A stretch of 64,000 nucleotides of DNA from positions 91,328,001 through 91,392,000 of the forward strand of contig NW_024704743.1 in assembly GCF_018977255.1 (NCBI RefSeq). Reading direction: 5' to 3'. Below the pieces are notes generated by a model. That model saw only the letters and a list, made by a program, of their open reading frames with translations. It ran no database searches and was not told the DNA's origin. The DNA is from Callorhinchus milii (taxonomy: Eukaryota). The translations under genes were made by a program, and so were the position numbers. The stretch's first letter is position 1. The number at the start of each line of letters is the position of its first letter. Of this stretch, positions 63,601-64,000 are shown piece after piece.

Positions 63601-64000
63601 TGTGAGGATAATATAATTAAACCATTTTCTGGGATAAATCATTATAACTTTGCAGGGTAGATGGATCATCCCCCCAGCAGTCATTGACTTGGGTATTTCC
63701 TGAAGCCAAACATCACACAATCGGATGATTATCACTGCTGATAATCAGCATGTTCTAATTCACATATTTCATCCTCATTATCATTTGGAAGCAATCTCTA
63801 TCAATGGTAATCGCCGCCCTCAGCCCATTCTCACCTCAGACATCCCCTTTCACCTCACTTTGTTAGAATAATAATCCTTGCATTTAATATAGTCGAGATG
63901 TTGCAGAGATGTCTCAAAGTGCTTCATTGTAAAGTGTAGTGACTGATCATTTATAAGTGAACGTGGTAGCTAATCTGAGTACAGCAATGTACCACATACA

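Noticed and set aside
1..64000. CRISPR array, operon or prokaryotic defence/retron-type system
   Set aside because: No regularly spaced repeat-spacer array. The DNA is intron-containing vertebrate sequence, and the RT domains are ordinary non-LTR retrotransposon RTs.

Overview
Vertebrate genomic DNA, most likely a cartilaginous fish. This is an inference from the repeat content: L2 and CR1 LINEs, DeuSINE-type SINEs and a young tRNA-Ala-derived SINE. The left half holds a minus-strand tandem pair of SLC7-family L-type amino-acid-transporter light-chain genes with a 4-coding-exon, SLC7A13-like layout. Copy B is intact: exons 31244-30515, 26968-26837, 16561-16197 and 7061-6816 splice with canonical GT-AG into 490 aa. 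Copy A (exons 1-2 visible, 2583-305) is a pseudogene with ATG>ACG, a 7-bp frameshift and other lesions. The two paralogues alternate between identical and divergent blocks, which suggests gene conversion. Most of the rest is transposon-derived. It includes a nearly intact single-ORF L2 with an 8-bp TSD, an LTR + gag-like relic followed by a coiled-coil ORF instead of pol, several CR1 fragments, and multi-level nested insertions. It also contains an inverted SINE-in-SINE hairpin, an inverted templated copy of a CR1 3' end, an unclassified old repeat family, and a non-repetitive, possibly decayed coding tract near the right end that I could not identify. No prokaryotic-type system, CRISPR array or bona fide tRNA/rRNA gene is supported.
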